NCBI GenBank assembly: GCA_028286605.1
Contig: JAQBRE010000007.1
Coordinates: forward strand, 44,537 to 108,536
Direction: 5' to 3'
DNA length: 64,000 nt
From: Parcubacteria group bacterium
GTDB lineage: Bacteria; Patescibacteriota; Minisyncoccia; Phycocordibacterales; Phycocordibacteraceae
Shown here: in pieces, positions 29,095-38,523 of the stretch
Numbering within the stretch: position 1 is the first letter of the stretch
How the letters are laid out: every line of letters begins with the position of its first letter
Made by a program: the position numbers and the translations under genes
The notes under the pieces: generated by a model
Seen by the model: the letters and a program-made list of their open reading frames with translations, nothing else
What the model was told of the DNA's origin: nothing
The model's database searches: none

Positions 29095-29179
29095 AGGAAG
29101 CTCTGAGTAGCTTCCCTCGCGTGCTCACCTCGAGTACCTGCACGGTTCCGCGCGCTGCGGGAACTACTCAGAGCTTCCT
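29095..29179 (+). repeat. Structured intergenic element, copy B
   Basis: 16-bp perfect outer stem around a 53-nt core homologous to copy A. Confidence 0.85.
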
Positions 29180-29218
29180 TACGTTCGATATCTTTTGTAC
29201 AATAAACGAAACACAAAT

Positions 29219-29800
29219 ATGGAAATCACTACCGAAATGCTCAAAACTCTCCGTGACAAAACGGGAGTATCAGTAATGCAGTGCAAGAAAGCTTTGGAAG
29301 AGGCAGAGGGAGATATTGATAAGGCTGAGGTTATCCTGCGCAAGCGCTCGAGCTCTGCCGCAGAGAAGAAGGGAGATCGCGAGCTCGGTGCAGGTGCTAT
29401 CGGTTCCTACGTACACGGCGGCGAGATCGGCGCTATGGTGCTTCTTTCCTGCGAGACGGACTTCGTTGCACGTAACCCAGAATTCCCTGCGCTCGCTCGC
29501 GAAATCGCGATGCAGATCGCCGCTTCTGATCCGAAGTACCTGAACGAGGCAGACATCGCTCCTGAGGCTGTAACAGCCGCTAAGGCGGTCTTTACTGCAG
29601 AGGTGCAGGACAAGCCCGCAGACATGCAGGAGAAGATCCTCGAGGGCAAGATGGCTTCGTATTTCAAGGACATGGTCCTCATGAATCAGACATACATCAA
29701 GGATGATTCTAAGAGCGTGAAGGACCTCATCACGGAGGCTTCACAGAAGTTCGGCGAGCGCGTCGAGATCACGAAGTACGCGCGCTTCAGCGCGCGCTAG
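29219..29800 (+). CDS. tsf: Elongation factor Ts (short form)
   Basis: LRDKTGVSVMQCKKAL, CETDFVAR; follows rpsB. Confidence 0.96.
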   Translation: MEITTEMLKTLRDKTGVSVMQCKKALEEAEGDIDKAEVILRKRSSSAAEKKGDRELGAGAIGSYVHGGEIGAMVLLSCETDFVARNPEFPALAREIAMQIAASDPKYLNEADIAPEAVTAAKAVFTAEVQDKPADMQEKILEGKMASYFKDMVLMNQTYIKDDSKSVKDLITEASQKFGERVEITKYARFSAR

Positions 29801-29830
29801 GGTTCGTCCGCGAGCTCCGCTTGCATCACT

Positions 29831-30286
29831 ATGCTGTATTTCATCTTTCTTCCGATAACGTTCGCTCTTCTCGTGCTGTTTTTGCTGCTCACGTTCGTGG
29901 AAGCGAAAAGCGGCATGCGCATGTTCAGCGGCACACGCGACAAGTTCGATGCGCGCATCGGACGCGCATCATTCGTGCTTCGTCATGTGGATTGGGGAGC
30001 ATTCGTGAATGATGTTACGCGCACGTTCTTCGAACGCGCGCTTCATGACATCGCGCACGGCACGCTCATGGTGGTTCGCTTCGTCGAGCGCGTGCTGACA
30101 CGCATCGTGCGCTCTCTGCGCATGCGCCGCGAACGCATCCTGCCACAGGCAAGTTTCGAGCCGAAAACGTCTCGCATTTCAGAGACGATGACGTATCTGA
30201 AGAGTACGCTTCGCCGCACGCGCCGTGCTCCGAAGAACCTGCCAGGCCAGGGTGCGCAGGAGGTGCAGGATGTGGTAGAACTATAA
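29831..30286 (+). CDS. Hypothetical protein, N-terminal TM helix, Arg-rich
   Basis: 151-aa ORF filling the tsf-tRNA gap. Confidence 0.7.
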   Translation: MLYFIFLPITFALLVLFLLLTFVEAKSGMRMFSGTRDKFDARIGRASFVLRHVDWGAFVNDVTRTFFERALHDIAHGTLMVVRFVERVLTRIVRSLRMRRERILPQASFEPKTSRISETMTYLKSTLRRTRRAPKNLPGQGAQEVQDVVEL

Positions 30287-30303
30287 AGACGCAAAACATA
30301 CGT

Positions 30304-30379
30304 GCCGCCTTAGCTCAGTTGGTAGAGCAACACTTTTGTAAAGTGAAGGTCCCCAGTTCAAGCCTGGGAGGCGGCTCCA
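30304..30379 (+). tRNA. tRNA-Thr(TGT)
   Basis: Cloverleaf: GCCGCCT/AGGCGGC acceptor, GCTC/GAGC D arm, loop TT-TGT-AA, CCCAG-TTCAAGC-CTGGG T arm, encoded CCA. Confidence 0.97.
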
Positions 30380-30381
30380 AA

Positions 30382-30417
30382 AGAAAAAGCCCGCTCCAAA
30401 AGGAGCGGGCTTTTTCT
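30382..30417. terminator. Bidirectional terminator
   Basis: AGAAAAAGCCCGCTCC-AAAA-GGAGCGGGCTTTTTCT between convergent genes. Confidence 0.85.
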
Positions 30418-30430
30418 ATCATCCGTTACC

Positions 30431-31147
30431 TTACTTCTTCGTGGTTGTAGCGGTGGTGCTGGTCGCTGTGCTGGTGGCGAAGAAGTCCTTAGGGAAGGAA
30501 GTTTCAAAATCAGCGATAGTCGTGAAGCCATAGGTGTGCGTTCCGTCTATCACGAAGGCAGGAAACTTCGGCTGTACTTTCTCCACGGCGATGAGCGTCT
30601 TAAGCGCGCCGAGGTCGAGATTGTAATCGAAGGAATACACGCGCAGATTCGGGTTTGCCTGGTGGAGGTAGGAAAGCGCGTAGCTGGCCCGATCGCAATC
30701 CGTACAGGAACCGGGAACGTTCGAATAGAAATAGAGCGCAACGGTCGGCTTCGTGTGGCAGGTCGTCTCAAGCTGCTTCACGAGCAGGTAGTCACGAATC
30801 TCAAGGAGCGTGTACTGATCCTTCAGCTGGATAACCTGTGCGTCATTCGCGCCCAAGCGGCTCTCTGCGGTAGATAGCTGGCCGCCGAGCGTCGATACTT
30901 CCTGTGAAAGAGTGTCGGTATCAGAGATGTCATCGCAAGGCGCAGACTCCAGAAGCGCGAGCTGCGTCTCTACGGAAAGGGTATCGGTAGCGAGCTGGTT
31001 CTGCAGGGCCGAAAGTTGCGCGACGCGTTGCTGATCCAGATAATTCACTGCATAGATAACGCTGCCGATAATGAACAGGGTTATCAGGAGGGCGAGTATG
31101 GAATTGCGGAAGGCGAGCGAGCGGACCGGAGATTTCGAGGGAGGCAT
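30431..31147 (-). CDS. Membrane-anchored protein with C-terminal thioredoxin-like domain
   Basis: N-terminal TM, helical region, LYFYS...CTDC...VYSFDY...FPAFVIDG; start 6 nt after TATACT. Confidence 0.72.
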   Translation of the reverse strand: MPPSKSPVRSLAFRNSILALLITLFIIGSVIYAVNYLDQQRVAQLSALQNQLATDTLSVETQLALLESAPCDDISDTDTLSQEVSTLGGQLSTAESRLGANDAQVIQLKDQYTLLEIRDYLLVKQLETTCHTKPTVALYFYSNVPGSCTDCDRASYALSYLHQANPNLRVYSFDYNLDLGALKTLIAVEKVQPKFPAFVIDGTHTYGFTTIADFETSFPKDFFATSTATSTTATTTKK

Positions 31148-31166
31148 AAGGGCAGTATAAACCAAA

Positions 31167-32405
31167 CTAACGCCATTTGCGCTTGGTGCCGGTAATGAGG
31201 TCGGAAAGCGAACGCATGAGCCAGAACGGCGCGATGAAGCCCAGTACGAGCGCATAGCCTATGATTCCGATCGTAAGATTGTGCGGCGTGTTGGAAACGC
31301 GCTTGCCGATGATGATGAATGCAACCGATGCAATTGCGGTGATGAACGAAAGGATCGTGACAAAGCTCAACGATAGATACAGACCCTCCAAAGAGAAGTG
31401 CGGCGCCAGCGTGTATGAAAGAGGAACGCCCTGTGTGATGAAATACGTCTTGAGCACATCATGCGCGACCACTACGATTGCCAATACGAACAGGATGACG
31501 CCGCCGATGACGGCGACGAAACCGAGCGGCAGCACCAAGAGGCCCAGCACGCCGTACTTCGGATTGCCAACGAGGTCCCGGTACTCGATCGTTACGTTGC
31601 GCAGGAAGCCGGTAGTCCAGCGCGTGCGCTGCTTCACGAGCTTCGGAATAGTGAGCGGTACTTTCGTATATACGCGTGCGCGCGGCGCGTTCTCGATCTC
31701 ATAACCGGCGCGCTGCATGCGCAGCGCCATCTCCATGTCTTCAGCCTGATGCGCATGACGGAATCCGCCTATCTCGCGGATGACAGACATGCGGTAGAAG
31801 GAGAAAGGACCAGGTGTCACATAGATGCCATTTACGGCCGAAAGCACGTGCCGTGCGGCGATACCGAAGATGTATTCGGCGTGCTGCATGCGTTCAAGGA
31901 AGGTGTGCGGTTCGAACACGCTCATTGCCGGCGTCGCTGCTGCAACGTGCGGATCCTCGAAGCAGGAGACTATCTCGCGAAGCGCGTCAGGCGCAACGAA
32001 CGAGTCCGCATCAAGACAGCCGACGAACTCTGCGTCGTGCGCGATTTCGATGCCTGCATTTATCGCCGTATGCTTACCGCCATTCTCTTTGTGCAGTACG
32101 GTGATCTGCGGATTGCCGATATATGAATCCATCACCATCTGCGTGTTGTCCGTAGAGCCGTCATTCACGAGGACTATCTGCAGCTTGTCTTTCGGATAAT
32201 CAAGCGCGAGGAGCGACTTCACCGTGCCGTCTATCGTGTCCTGTTCATTCCAGCAGGGAACGATAATCGCGACCTTGGGGGTGACGATAGATGCCGGGCG
32301 CTCGCGACGCTCACGCGTGGGCGTGGAAAGGAAGGTAACGAGCAGGAAGACCTGGAAATACAGGCCGAGAAAGAGGAACGGATAGGCGAGGAGAGTTAGA
32401 TCCAT
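31167..32405 (-). CDS. Processive family-2 glycosyltransferase (IcaA/PgaC-like)
   Basis: PCWNE, NDGSTD, DADS, ED and QRTRW (QxxRW) motifs; flanking TM helices. Confidence 0.9.
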   Translation of the reverse strand: MDLTLLAYPFLFLGLYFQVFLLVTFLSTPTRERRERPASIVTPKVAIIVPCWNEQDTIDGTVKSLLALDYPKDKLQIVLVNDGSTDNTQMVMDSYIGNPQITVLHKENGGKHTAINAGIEIAHDAEFVGCLDADSFVAPDALREIVSCFEDPHVAAATPAMSVFEPHTFLERMQHAEYIFGIAARHVLSAVNGIYVTPGPFSFYRMSVIREIGGFRHAHQAEDMEMALRMQRAGYEIENAPRARVYTKVPLTIPKLVKQRTRWTTGFLRNVTIEYRDLVGNPKYGVLGLLVLPLGFVAVIGGVILFVLAIVVVAHDVLKTYFITQGVPLSYTLAPHFSLEGLYLSLSFVTILSFITAIASVAFIIIGKRVSNTPHNLTIGIIGYALVLGFIAPFWLMRSLSDLITGTKRKWR

Positions 32406-32478
32406 AGAGGCCTGCGGTAGAAGCAGTCTAGCAAAAAAGCCCTATTTTTTCTATGTAGCAGAGGGTATACTCGAACCT

Positions 32479-33213
32479 ATGACAGACGGGCATCTTCACC
32501 CAATAAGCGTGGCCGTACGCGAAATCGCGGATATATTCGGCCGTATGGGATTCTCGGTAGCGGCTGGCCCAGAGCTCGAGGAAGAGCACTACAATTTCAA
32601 TATGCTCAACATTCCGCCGGATCATCCTGCGCGCGATATGCAGGACACGTTCTGGACGAATGAAGAGCCGCGGCGCGTGCCGCGCACGCAGACGAGCCCG
32701 ATGCAGATCCGCTACATGGAAGCGAAGATGCAGGGCGGCATCCTGCCGCCCTATCGCGTGATTGTTCCGGGAAAAGTATTCCGCAATGAAGCGACGGATG
32801 CGACGCATGAAGCGCAGTTCTATCAGAACGAAGGGCTGTGCATCGGCGAGAATATTTCGCTCGCGCACCTGAAAGGCACGCTCGATCAGTTCTTCAAGGA
32901 ATATCTCGGCGTAGAAGCGAAGGTGCGATTTCGTCCGAGCTTCTTCCCATTCACTGAGCCTTCGGTTGAAGTGGATGTGTGGTATCAGCCGGAAGGGAAA
33001 GAAGGTCGCTGGCTCGAAGTGATGGGTGGCGGCATGGTGCATCCTACGGTGCTCGAGAACGCCGGCGTCGATTCGAAAAAGTATCAGGGCTTCGCCTTCG
33101 GCGGCGGCATCGAGCGATTGGTGATGGTGAAGCACGGCGTACCGGATGTGCGCGCCTTCCATGCCGGCGACATTCGCTTCGTCTACGGATTCGACGAGAC
33201 TATCCAGAATTAA
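32479..33213 (+). CDS. pheS: Phenylalanyl-tRNA synthetase alpha (catalytic core only)
   Basis: GHLHP, HPARDMQDTF, DATH, FFPFTEPS, GFAFGGGIERL. Confidence 0.96.
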   Translation: MTDGHLHPISVAVREIADIFGRMGFSVAAGPELEEEHYNFNMLNIPPDHPARDMQDTFWTNEEPRRVPRTQTSPMQIRYMEAKMQGGILPPYRVIVPGKVFRNEATDATHEAQFYQNEGLCIGENISLAHLKGTLDQFFKEYLGVEAKVRFRPSFFPFTEPSVEVDVWYQPEGKEGRWLEVMGGGMVHPTVLENAGVDSKKYQGFAFGGGIERLVMVKHGVPDVRAFHAGDIRFVYGFDETIQN

Positions 33214-33216
33214 TAT

Positions 33217-35112
33217 ATGAAGACTTCACGCGCCTGGCTTCAGACCTATTTCGAAAAACCGCTTCCCACTGCGGAGGAACTCGGCGATGCGCTAACCTTC
33301 CATTCGTTCGAGATAGAGGAAGCAGAAGGCGATTTGCTTGAGGTGAAGGTATTGCCTGATCGTGCTGCAGATTGCCTGAGTCATCGCGGCGTCGCGCATG
33401 AGATAGCTGCCGTACTCGACATGCCGATGAAGAGTGATTCGCTTCGCGAATCACTGCCTGAATTCCCGCATACGGATTCGCTTACCGTTTCAATACAGAA
33501 TCCCGAGAAGTGCCCGCGCTATATGGGTGCACTGATACGCGGCGTGAAAGTCGGCCCGTCGCCGGAATGGCTGAAAGCCTCCATCGAAGCAGTGGGACAG
33601 CGTTCTATCAACAACGTCGTGGATGCGACGAACTACGTGATGCTCAACATCGGCCAGCCGCTGCATGCCTTCGATGCAGCGAAGCTGGGAAATAAGGACG
33701 GCGTCTACGCCATTGCCGTACGCGATTCACGTGCCGGTGAAAAGATCACGACGCTCACCGGCGAAGAGTATGCACTTCCTGAAGGCACGATGCTTATTAC
33801 GGATGCGTCGAGCGATTCGCCTGCAGGTATTGCTGGCGTGAAAGGCGGAAAAGCTGCGGAAGTGAACGCAAGCACGACCGATATCATCATCGAGTCTGCG
33901 AATTTCGATGGTACGAGCGTACGGCGCACCGCAGGTGCGCTGAAGCTATGGACCGATGCGTCGCAGCGGTATCAAAATAAGATTTCGCCTGCACTTGCGG
34001 CATACGGCATGCGCGATGTGCTCGCGCTCATTCAGCAGGTTGCGGGCGGGGAAGTGGCGGGCGTCGTTGATATTAATCATTACACGCAGGAACACGCAGA
34101 CGTTTCTGTTTCGCTCGCGAAGATAAACAGCTTGCTCGGCGCATCGTTCACTACCGTCGACGTCGCGAGCGCGTTCGATCGTCTCGGTTTTTCATACACG
34201 CAGGAAGGAGATGGCAAAGAGGTATTCACCGTCACGCCGCCATTCGAGCGCCGCGACATCACGCTACCCGAAAATCTCGTTGAAGAAGCTGGCCGCATCC
34301 TTGGCTACGACCGCATCGCGGCGCAGCCGCTTCCGAACGAAGCCGTAGAAGCAGATCAGATCCGCTATCGCGGTGTCGAGCACATAAAAGATTTCATGGC
34401 CGAACATGGCTATACGGAAATCAGCACGCAGACGTTTGCTGTGGAAGGCGATATCACGCTCGCGAATCCGCTTGATAAGACGAAGCCTGCGCTGCGCACG
34501 ACCCTCACAGAAAACATGAAGGTATCGCTCGCGCATGCTGCGACCGTTGCGCCGCGCGTGCTCGGTCCTGAGACATTCGTAAAGCTATTCGAGATAGGCA
34601 CCGTGTTCACGAAAGACGGCGAGCATCTTTCGCTCTGTTTCGGCTATCAGCAGATGAGTGGAAAGAAGTATGCGATGCTCCTCGCTGAGATGGCTGCTGC
34701 GCTTGCCGATGAATTCGGCATGCACACGTCGATCGTTGCGGAGAACATCGCGGAAGTGGATTTGAATAATGTTTCATTCACGCCATTCGGCACGGACTAT
34801 ACGCCGAAGAAAATCGCCCTCGGCGCGTATCGCACCTATTCCGTATATCCGTCTGCCATTCGCGATATCGCGGTATGGACTCCTGAAGGCACGCAGGAAT
34901 CGGAAGTTTCTATATTCATCGAACAACAGGCGGGCGAGCTGCTCGCCCGTATCGACCGCTTCGACCGTTTCGAAAAGGATGGACGCACCTCATTCGCATT
35001 CCGTCTTGTCTTCCAGTCATTCGAGCGCACGCTCGCCGATACGGACCTCGATCCTACAATGGAAAAAGTCACTTCAGCACTGAACGCAAAAGACGGCTAC
35101 GAAGTCCGTTAG
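33217..35112 (+). CDS. pheT: Phenylalanyl-tRNA synthetase beta (short)
   Basis: PDRADCLSHRG, INNVVDATNYVML..GQPLHAFD, C-terminal FDX-ACB-like domain. Confidence 0.94.
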   Translation: MKTSRAWLQTYFEKPLPTAEELGDALTFHSFEIEEAEGDLLEVKVLPDRAADCLSHRGVAHEIAAVLDMPMKSDSLRESLPEFPHTDSLTVSIQNPEKCPRYMGALIRGVKVGPSPEWLKASIEAVGQRSINNVVDATNYVMLNIGQPLHAFDAAKLGNKDGVYAIAVRDSRAGEKITTLTGEEYALPEGTMLITDASSDSPAGIAGVKGGKAAEVNASTTDIIIESANFDGTSVRRTAGALKLWTDASQRYQNKISPALAAYGMRDVLALIQQVAGGEVAGVVDINHYTQEHADVSVSLAKINSLLGASFTTVDVASAFDRLGFSYTQEGDGKEVFTVTPPFERRDITLPENLVEEAGRILGYDRIAAQPLPNEAVEADQIRYRGVEHIKDFMAEHGYTEISTQTFAVEGDITLANPLDKTKPALRTTLTENMKVSLAHAATVAPRVLGPETFVKLFEIGTVFTKDGEHLSLCFGYQQMSGKKYAMLLAEMAAALADEFGMHTSIVAENIAEVDLNNVSFTPFGTDYTPKKIALGAYRTYSVYPSAIRDIAVWTPEGTQESEVSIFIEQQAGELLARIDRFDRFEKDGRTSFAFRLVFQSFERTLADTDLDPTMEKVTSALNAKDGYEVR

Positions 35113-35113
35113 C

Positions 35114-35461
35114 ATGGATTTCCTACATATAGACGACCTGCTCGTCTCGGCAACGCACGGCCATTATGAACCAGAGTGGAGCCGCGAACAGCGTTTCCTT
35201 ATTTCACTGCGTGTCGGTTTTGATTCACGTCCCGCAGGGAACACCGACACGCTTGCAGATACGATCGATTACGACGCGCTCAAGAAAGCAGTGAATGATA
35301 TTCTCGCCGCAGACCGTCGCTATCTTATTGAAAAATTGGCGAATGACATTGCCGAGCAGATTCTTACGGATGGCCGCGCGCTCGAGGTAACGGTCACTAT
35401 CAAGAAGCTCGACGTCTGGGAGAATGGCGTTCCTGGGGTGACCATAACCCGCACCAGATAG
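35114..35461 (+). CDS. folB: Dihydroneopterin aldolase
   Basis: HG....E....QRF, DTIDY, LIEKLA, VTIKK motifs. Confidence 0.85.
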   Translation: MDFLHIDDLLVSATHGHYEPEWSREQRFLISLRVGFDSRPAGNTDTLADTIDYDALKKAVNDILAADRRYLIEKLANDIAEQILTDGRALEVTVTIKKLDVWENGVPGVTITRTR

Positions 35462-35504
35462 GCACGTTCCGGGCTGTTTCGTGCTATACTGAAAGTAAGA
35501 AATT

Positions 35505-37592
35505 ATGGCTAAGGAAGGCGCTAAAACGACTAAAAAAGTCGCTGCTAAGAGCAGCGACTATGACGCGTCCTCTATCAGCGTGCTCGAGGGTCTCGACCCG
35601 GTCCGCAAGCGCCCGGGCATGTACATCGGTACTACGGGCCCTGATGGTCTCCACCACCTTATCTGGGAAATCTTCGATAACTCGCGCGACGAAGCCATGG
35701 GCGGTTTCGCGAACGATATCGAGATCGCGCTGCTTCCGGGCGGCTATGTTCGCGTCGTCGATAACGGCCGCGGCATTCCGGTAGGCATCCATCCGAAGAC
35801 GAAAGTATCAGCGCTCGAGACTATCATGACGACGCTGCATGCAGGCGGCAAGTTCGGCGGCGAGGATTCCGGATACAAGGTATCCGGCGGTCTTCATGGC
35901 GTGGGTGCATCCGTGGTGAACGCGCTCTCGGAGCACGCGAAGGTGATTGTGCACAAGGACGGCCTCACGCACATGCAGGAATACAAGATCGGCAAGCAGA
36001 TGGCGAAAGTGAAGCAGATCGGAAAGACCAAGCACAACGGTACCGTCACGTTCTTCAAGCCGGATGTCACTATCTTCAAGGACGGCATCAGCTGGAACTG
36101 GGACAAGATCGTGAGCCATGTGCGCCAGCAGGCGTACTTGGTGAAGGGAACACGCATCTGCGTGATTGATGCCCGCGAAGCGGGCATGGTGGATTCTGAA
36201 GATGTTGCGTATGTTCGCGAGCTGAACCTTGAAGTTCCTTCGATGACCTTCTTCTTCGAAGGCGGTCTTCGTTCGCTCATCGCGTTCTATAACAAGCACC
36301 AGACGCCAGCGCACAAGAATATCTTTTACGTCGATGCAACCGATAACGAAGTAATGGTGGAAGTCGCGTTCCAGTATACGGATGACATCTCGCCGCGCCT
36401 TCTTGCCTTTGCGAATAATATTTATAATCCAGAGCTTGGCACACACGTAACCGGTTTCAAGACTGCGCTTACGCGTACGCTCAATACCTACGCACGCACT
36501 TCAGGAATCCTGAAAGAAAGCGAAGAGAATTTCACGGGTGACGACGTGCTCGAAGGTATCACTGCCGTGGTTTCCGTTAAGATGCCCGAGATTCAGTTCG
36601 AAGGACAGACGAAAGGAAAGCTGGGTTCCGTTGAGGCGCAGGGCGCCGTAGCGACCGTGTTCGGCGGCGCACTCACCACCTTCCTCGAAGAGAATCCAGA
36701 AGACGGTCGCGCTATCGTGAACAAAGTATTGCTCGCGCTCAAGGCTCGCAAAGCGGCAAAAGCGGCGAAGGACTCCGTCCTTCGCAAGGGCGCCCTCGAG
36801 GGCATGACCCTTCCGGGCAAGCTCGCAGACTGTCAGACAAAAGACCCTGCAGAGTCAGAGATTTTCATCGTAGAGGGAGATTCGGCAGGAGGTTCGGCAA
36901 AGACCGGCCGTGACCGTCGCACCCAGGCAATTCTGCCACTTCGCGGCAAGATTCTGAACATCGAGCGCGCACGTCTCGATAAGATGCTCGCGTCCGAGCA
37001 GATCAAGAACCTCGTCGTCGCTATGGGAACCGCTATCGGCGATATCTTCGACCTTTCCAAGCTCCGCTACCACAAGATCATCATCGCGACTGACGCTGAC
37101 GTGGACGGCGCACACATTCGTACGCTCCTGCTTACGCTCTTCTATCGCCACTTCCGCCCGATCATCGATGGCGGCTTCATATACATCGCCCAGCCACCGC
37201 TCTACAAGATCAAGCGCGGAAAGGAAGTCATGTACGCCTATTCAGACCAGGAGAAATTCCAGCTGCTCGGCCCTGATGCAGATATGGCCGTAGACGCCGG
37301 CGAAGAAGAGCAGGGAACCGATGAAGACCCGGAAGGCGAGACTCCCGAGCAGGAGGTTACGACCAAGAAGGGCGCCAAGGTTTCTATTCAGCGATACAAG
37401 GGTCTCGGTGAGATGAACCCGGACGAGCTTTGGGAGACCACCATGAACCCTGCGAACCGCGTCCTTAAGCGCGTAACCGTTGAAGACGCTACCGATGCAG
37501 ATCGCATCTTCGACATCCTCATGGGTTCCGATGTGCCTTCTCGCAAGTCCTTCATCCAGAGCAACGCGAAGCTCGCGAACCTCGACGTCTAA
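35505..37592 (+). CDS. gyrB: DNA gyrase subunit B
   Basis: VRKRPGMYIG, LHAGGKF, EGDSAGG, PLRGK, DADVDG, YKGLGEMN; GyrB-type C-terminus. Confidence 0.95.
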   Translation: MAKEGAKTTKKVAAKSSDYDASSISVLEGLDPVRKRPGMYIGTTGPDGLHHLIWEIFDNSRDEAMGGFANDIEIALLPGGYVRVVDNGRGIPVGIHPKTKVSALETIMTTLHAGGKFGGEDSGYKVSGGLHGVGASVVNALSEHAKVIVHKDGLTHMQEYKIGKQMAKVKQIGKTKHNGTVTFFKPDVTIFKDGISWNWDKIVSHVRQQAYLVKGTRICVIDAREAGMVDSEDVAYVRELNLEVPSMTFFFEGGLRSLIAFYNKHQTPAHKNIFYVDATDNEVMVEVAFQYTDDISPRLLAFANNIYNPELGTHVTGFKTALTRTLNTYARTSGILKESEENFTGDDVLEGITAVVSVKMPEIQFEGQTKGKLGSVEAQGAVATVFGGALTTFLEENPEDGRAIVNKVLLALKARKAAKAAKDSVLRKGALEGMTLPGKLADCQTKDPAESEIFIVEGDSAGGSAKTGRDRRTQAILPLRGKILNIERARLDKMLASEQIKNLVVAMGTAIGDIFDLSKLRYHKIIIATDADVDGAHIRTLLLTLFYRHFRPIIDGGFIYIAQPPLYKIKRGKEVMYAYSDQEKFQLLGPDADMAVDAGEEEQGTDEDPEGETPEQEVTTKKGAKVSIQRYKGLGEMNPDELWETTMNPANRVLKRVTVEDATDADRIFDILMGSDVPSRKSFIQSNAKLANLDV

Positions 37593-37643
37593 GAGATAAA
37601 AAGAAACCGCCCTCCTAGGAGGGCGGTTTCTTTTTATCTCTTA
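37590..37643. terminator. 54-bp perfect palindrome, bidirectional terminator
   Basis: TAAGAGATAAAAAGAAACCGCCCTCCT|AGGAGGGCGGTTTCTTTTTATCTCTTA. Confidence 0.85.
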
Positions 37644-38411
37644 CTGAATCGTGATGCTTGAAGCGGCGCTGTTGTTCGCTTCGCTCGATTCGCTTACGAG
37701 ATTGTTCGGGTCAACCGTAACGGTAAGAGTGCGATTACCGGTCTGTGCCTGATTGAAGCCGAGCGTGTATTCGATGTGCTCGCCCGGGCGCAGCGACTGC
37801 TGAGGATTCGAATTGTACGTGAAGGTATTCGAAGTAGGGAGGGTGGCTTTGAAAGTCCACGTGCCGCTGATGTTCGTACCGACGTTCGTAACACTGAACT
37901 TCACTGCTGCATTGTCACCGCGAGGAACCGAAGTGCCTGCAACGAAATCATCCGTCGAGTTTCCTGTAAGGAATCCCGTCTGAGTAATCGTAACGGCGAG
38001 GTCGGGCTGGCCATAGAGGGGTGCGGTAGACGCACCGCCTGCATTGATGGTCGTGGTCGTCTTAGGACCTGCGTTCGTTGCTACCGGTGTACCGGTGTTT
38101 CCTAGAAGAGGAGAGGTGACCGTCGTACTCGTTGCGTTCGCAAGAGTGGTAGAAGCCGTCGTGGTCGCCGCAAAAGAGACCGTCTGAGGAACGACCGTGA
38201 GGTCGGTCTTCTTCGCCGGTTCGAATACCTGTGAAAGGTACACGGCTGCAGATCCGACGCGGCTGACAGCTGCAGGGACAAAACGCGCTGAATAAATAGC
38301 GAGCATGATACCGAGCAGGATAAGCGTGATAAAGCCCACGACCGCGAGGCCGTGCACTGCCGCCATCCGACGCGGGTTGCGAGTGATCGTTGTCTTTGTC
38401 GTCATTTCCAT
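37641..38411 (-). CDS. Membrane-anchored CARDB (Ig-like) domain protein
   Basis: N-terminal TM, Thr-rich stalk, PDLAV...VTNVG...VDPNNLVSESSEANN CARDB signature. Confidence 0.85.
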   Translation of the reverse strand: MEMTTKTTITRNPRRMAAVHGLAVVGFITLILLGIMLAIYSARFVPAAVSRVGSAAVYLSQVFEPAKKTDLTVVPQTVSFAATTTASTTLANATSTTVTSPLLGNTGTPVATNAGPKTTTTINAGGASTAPLYGQPDLAVTITQTGFLTGNSTDDFVAGTSVPRGDNAAVKFSVTNVGTNISGTWTFKATLPTSNTFTYNSNPQQSLRPGEHIEYTLGFNQAQTGNRTLTVTVDPNNLVSESSEANNSAASSITIQ

Positions 38412-38523
38412 ATGCCTAGTATGTACCACAAGGTATTTATAGTGTCAAGTATTTCAAGTGTCGATACATGCCCACAAGAGCTTGACATTGCAGCTATTAT
38501 GGTGTAAATATGTACAAGACGAT

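Noticed and set aside
30304-32405. Genomic island integrated at tRNA-Thr
   Set aside because: No duplicated tRNA-Thr 3' end, no integrase, ordinary composition.
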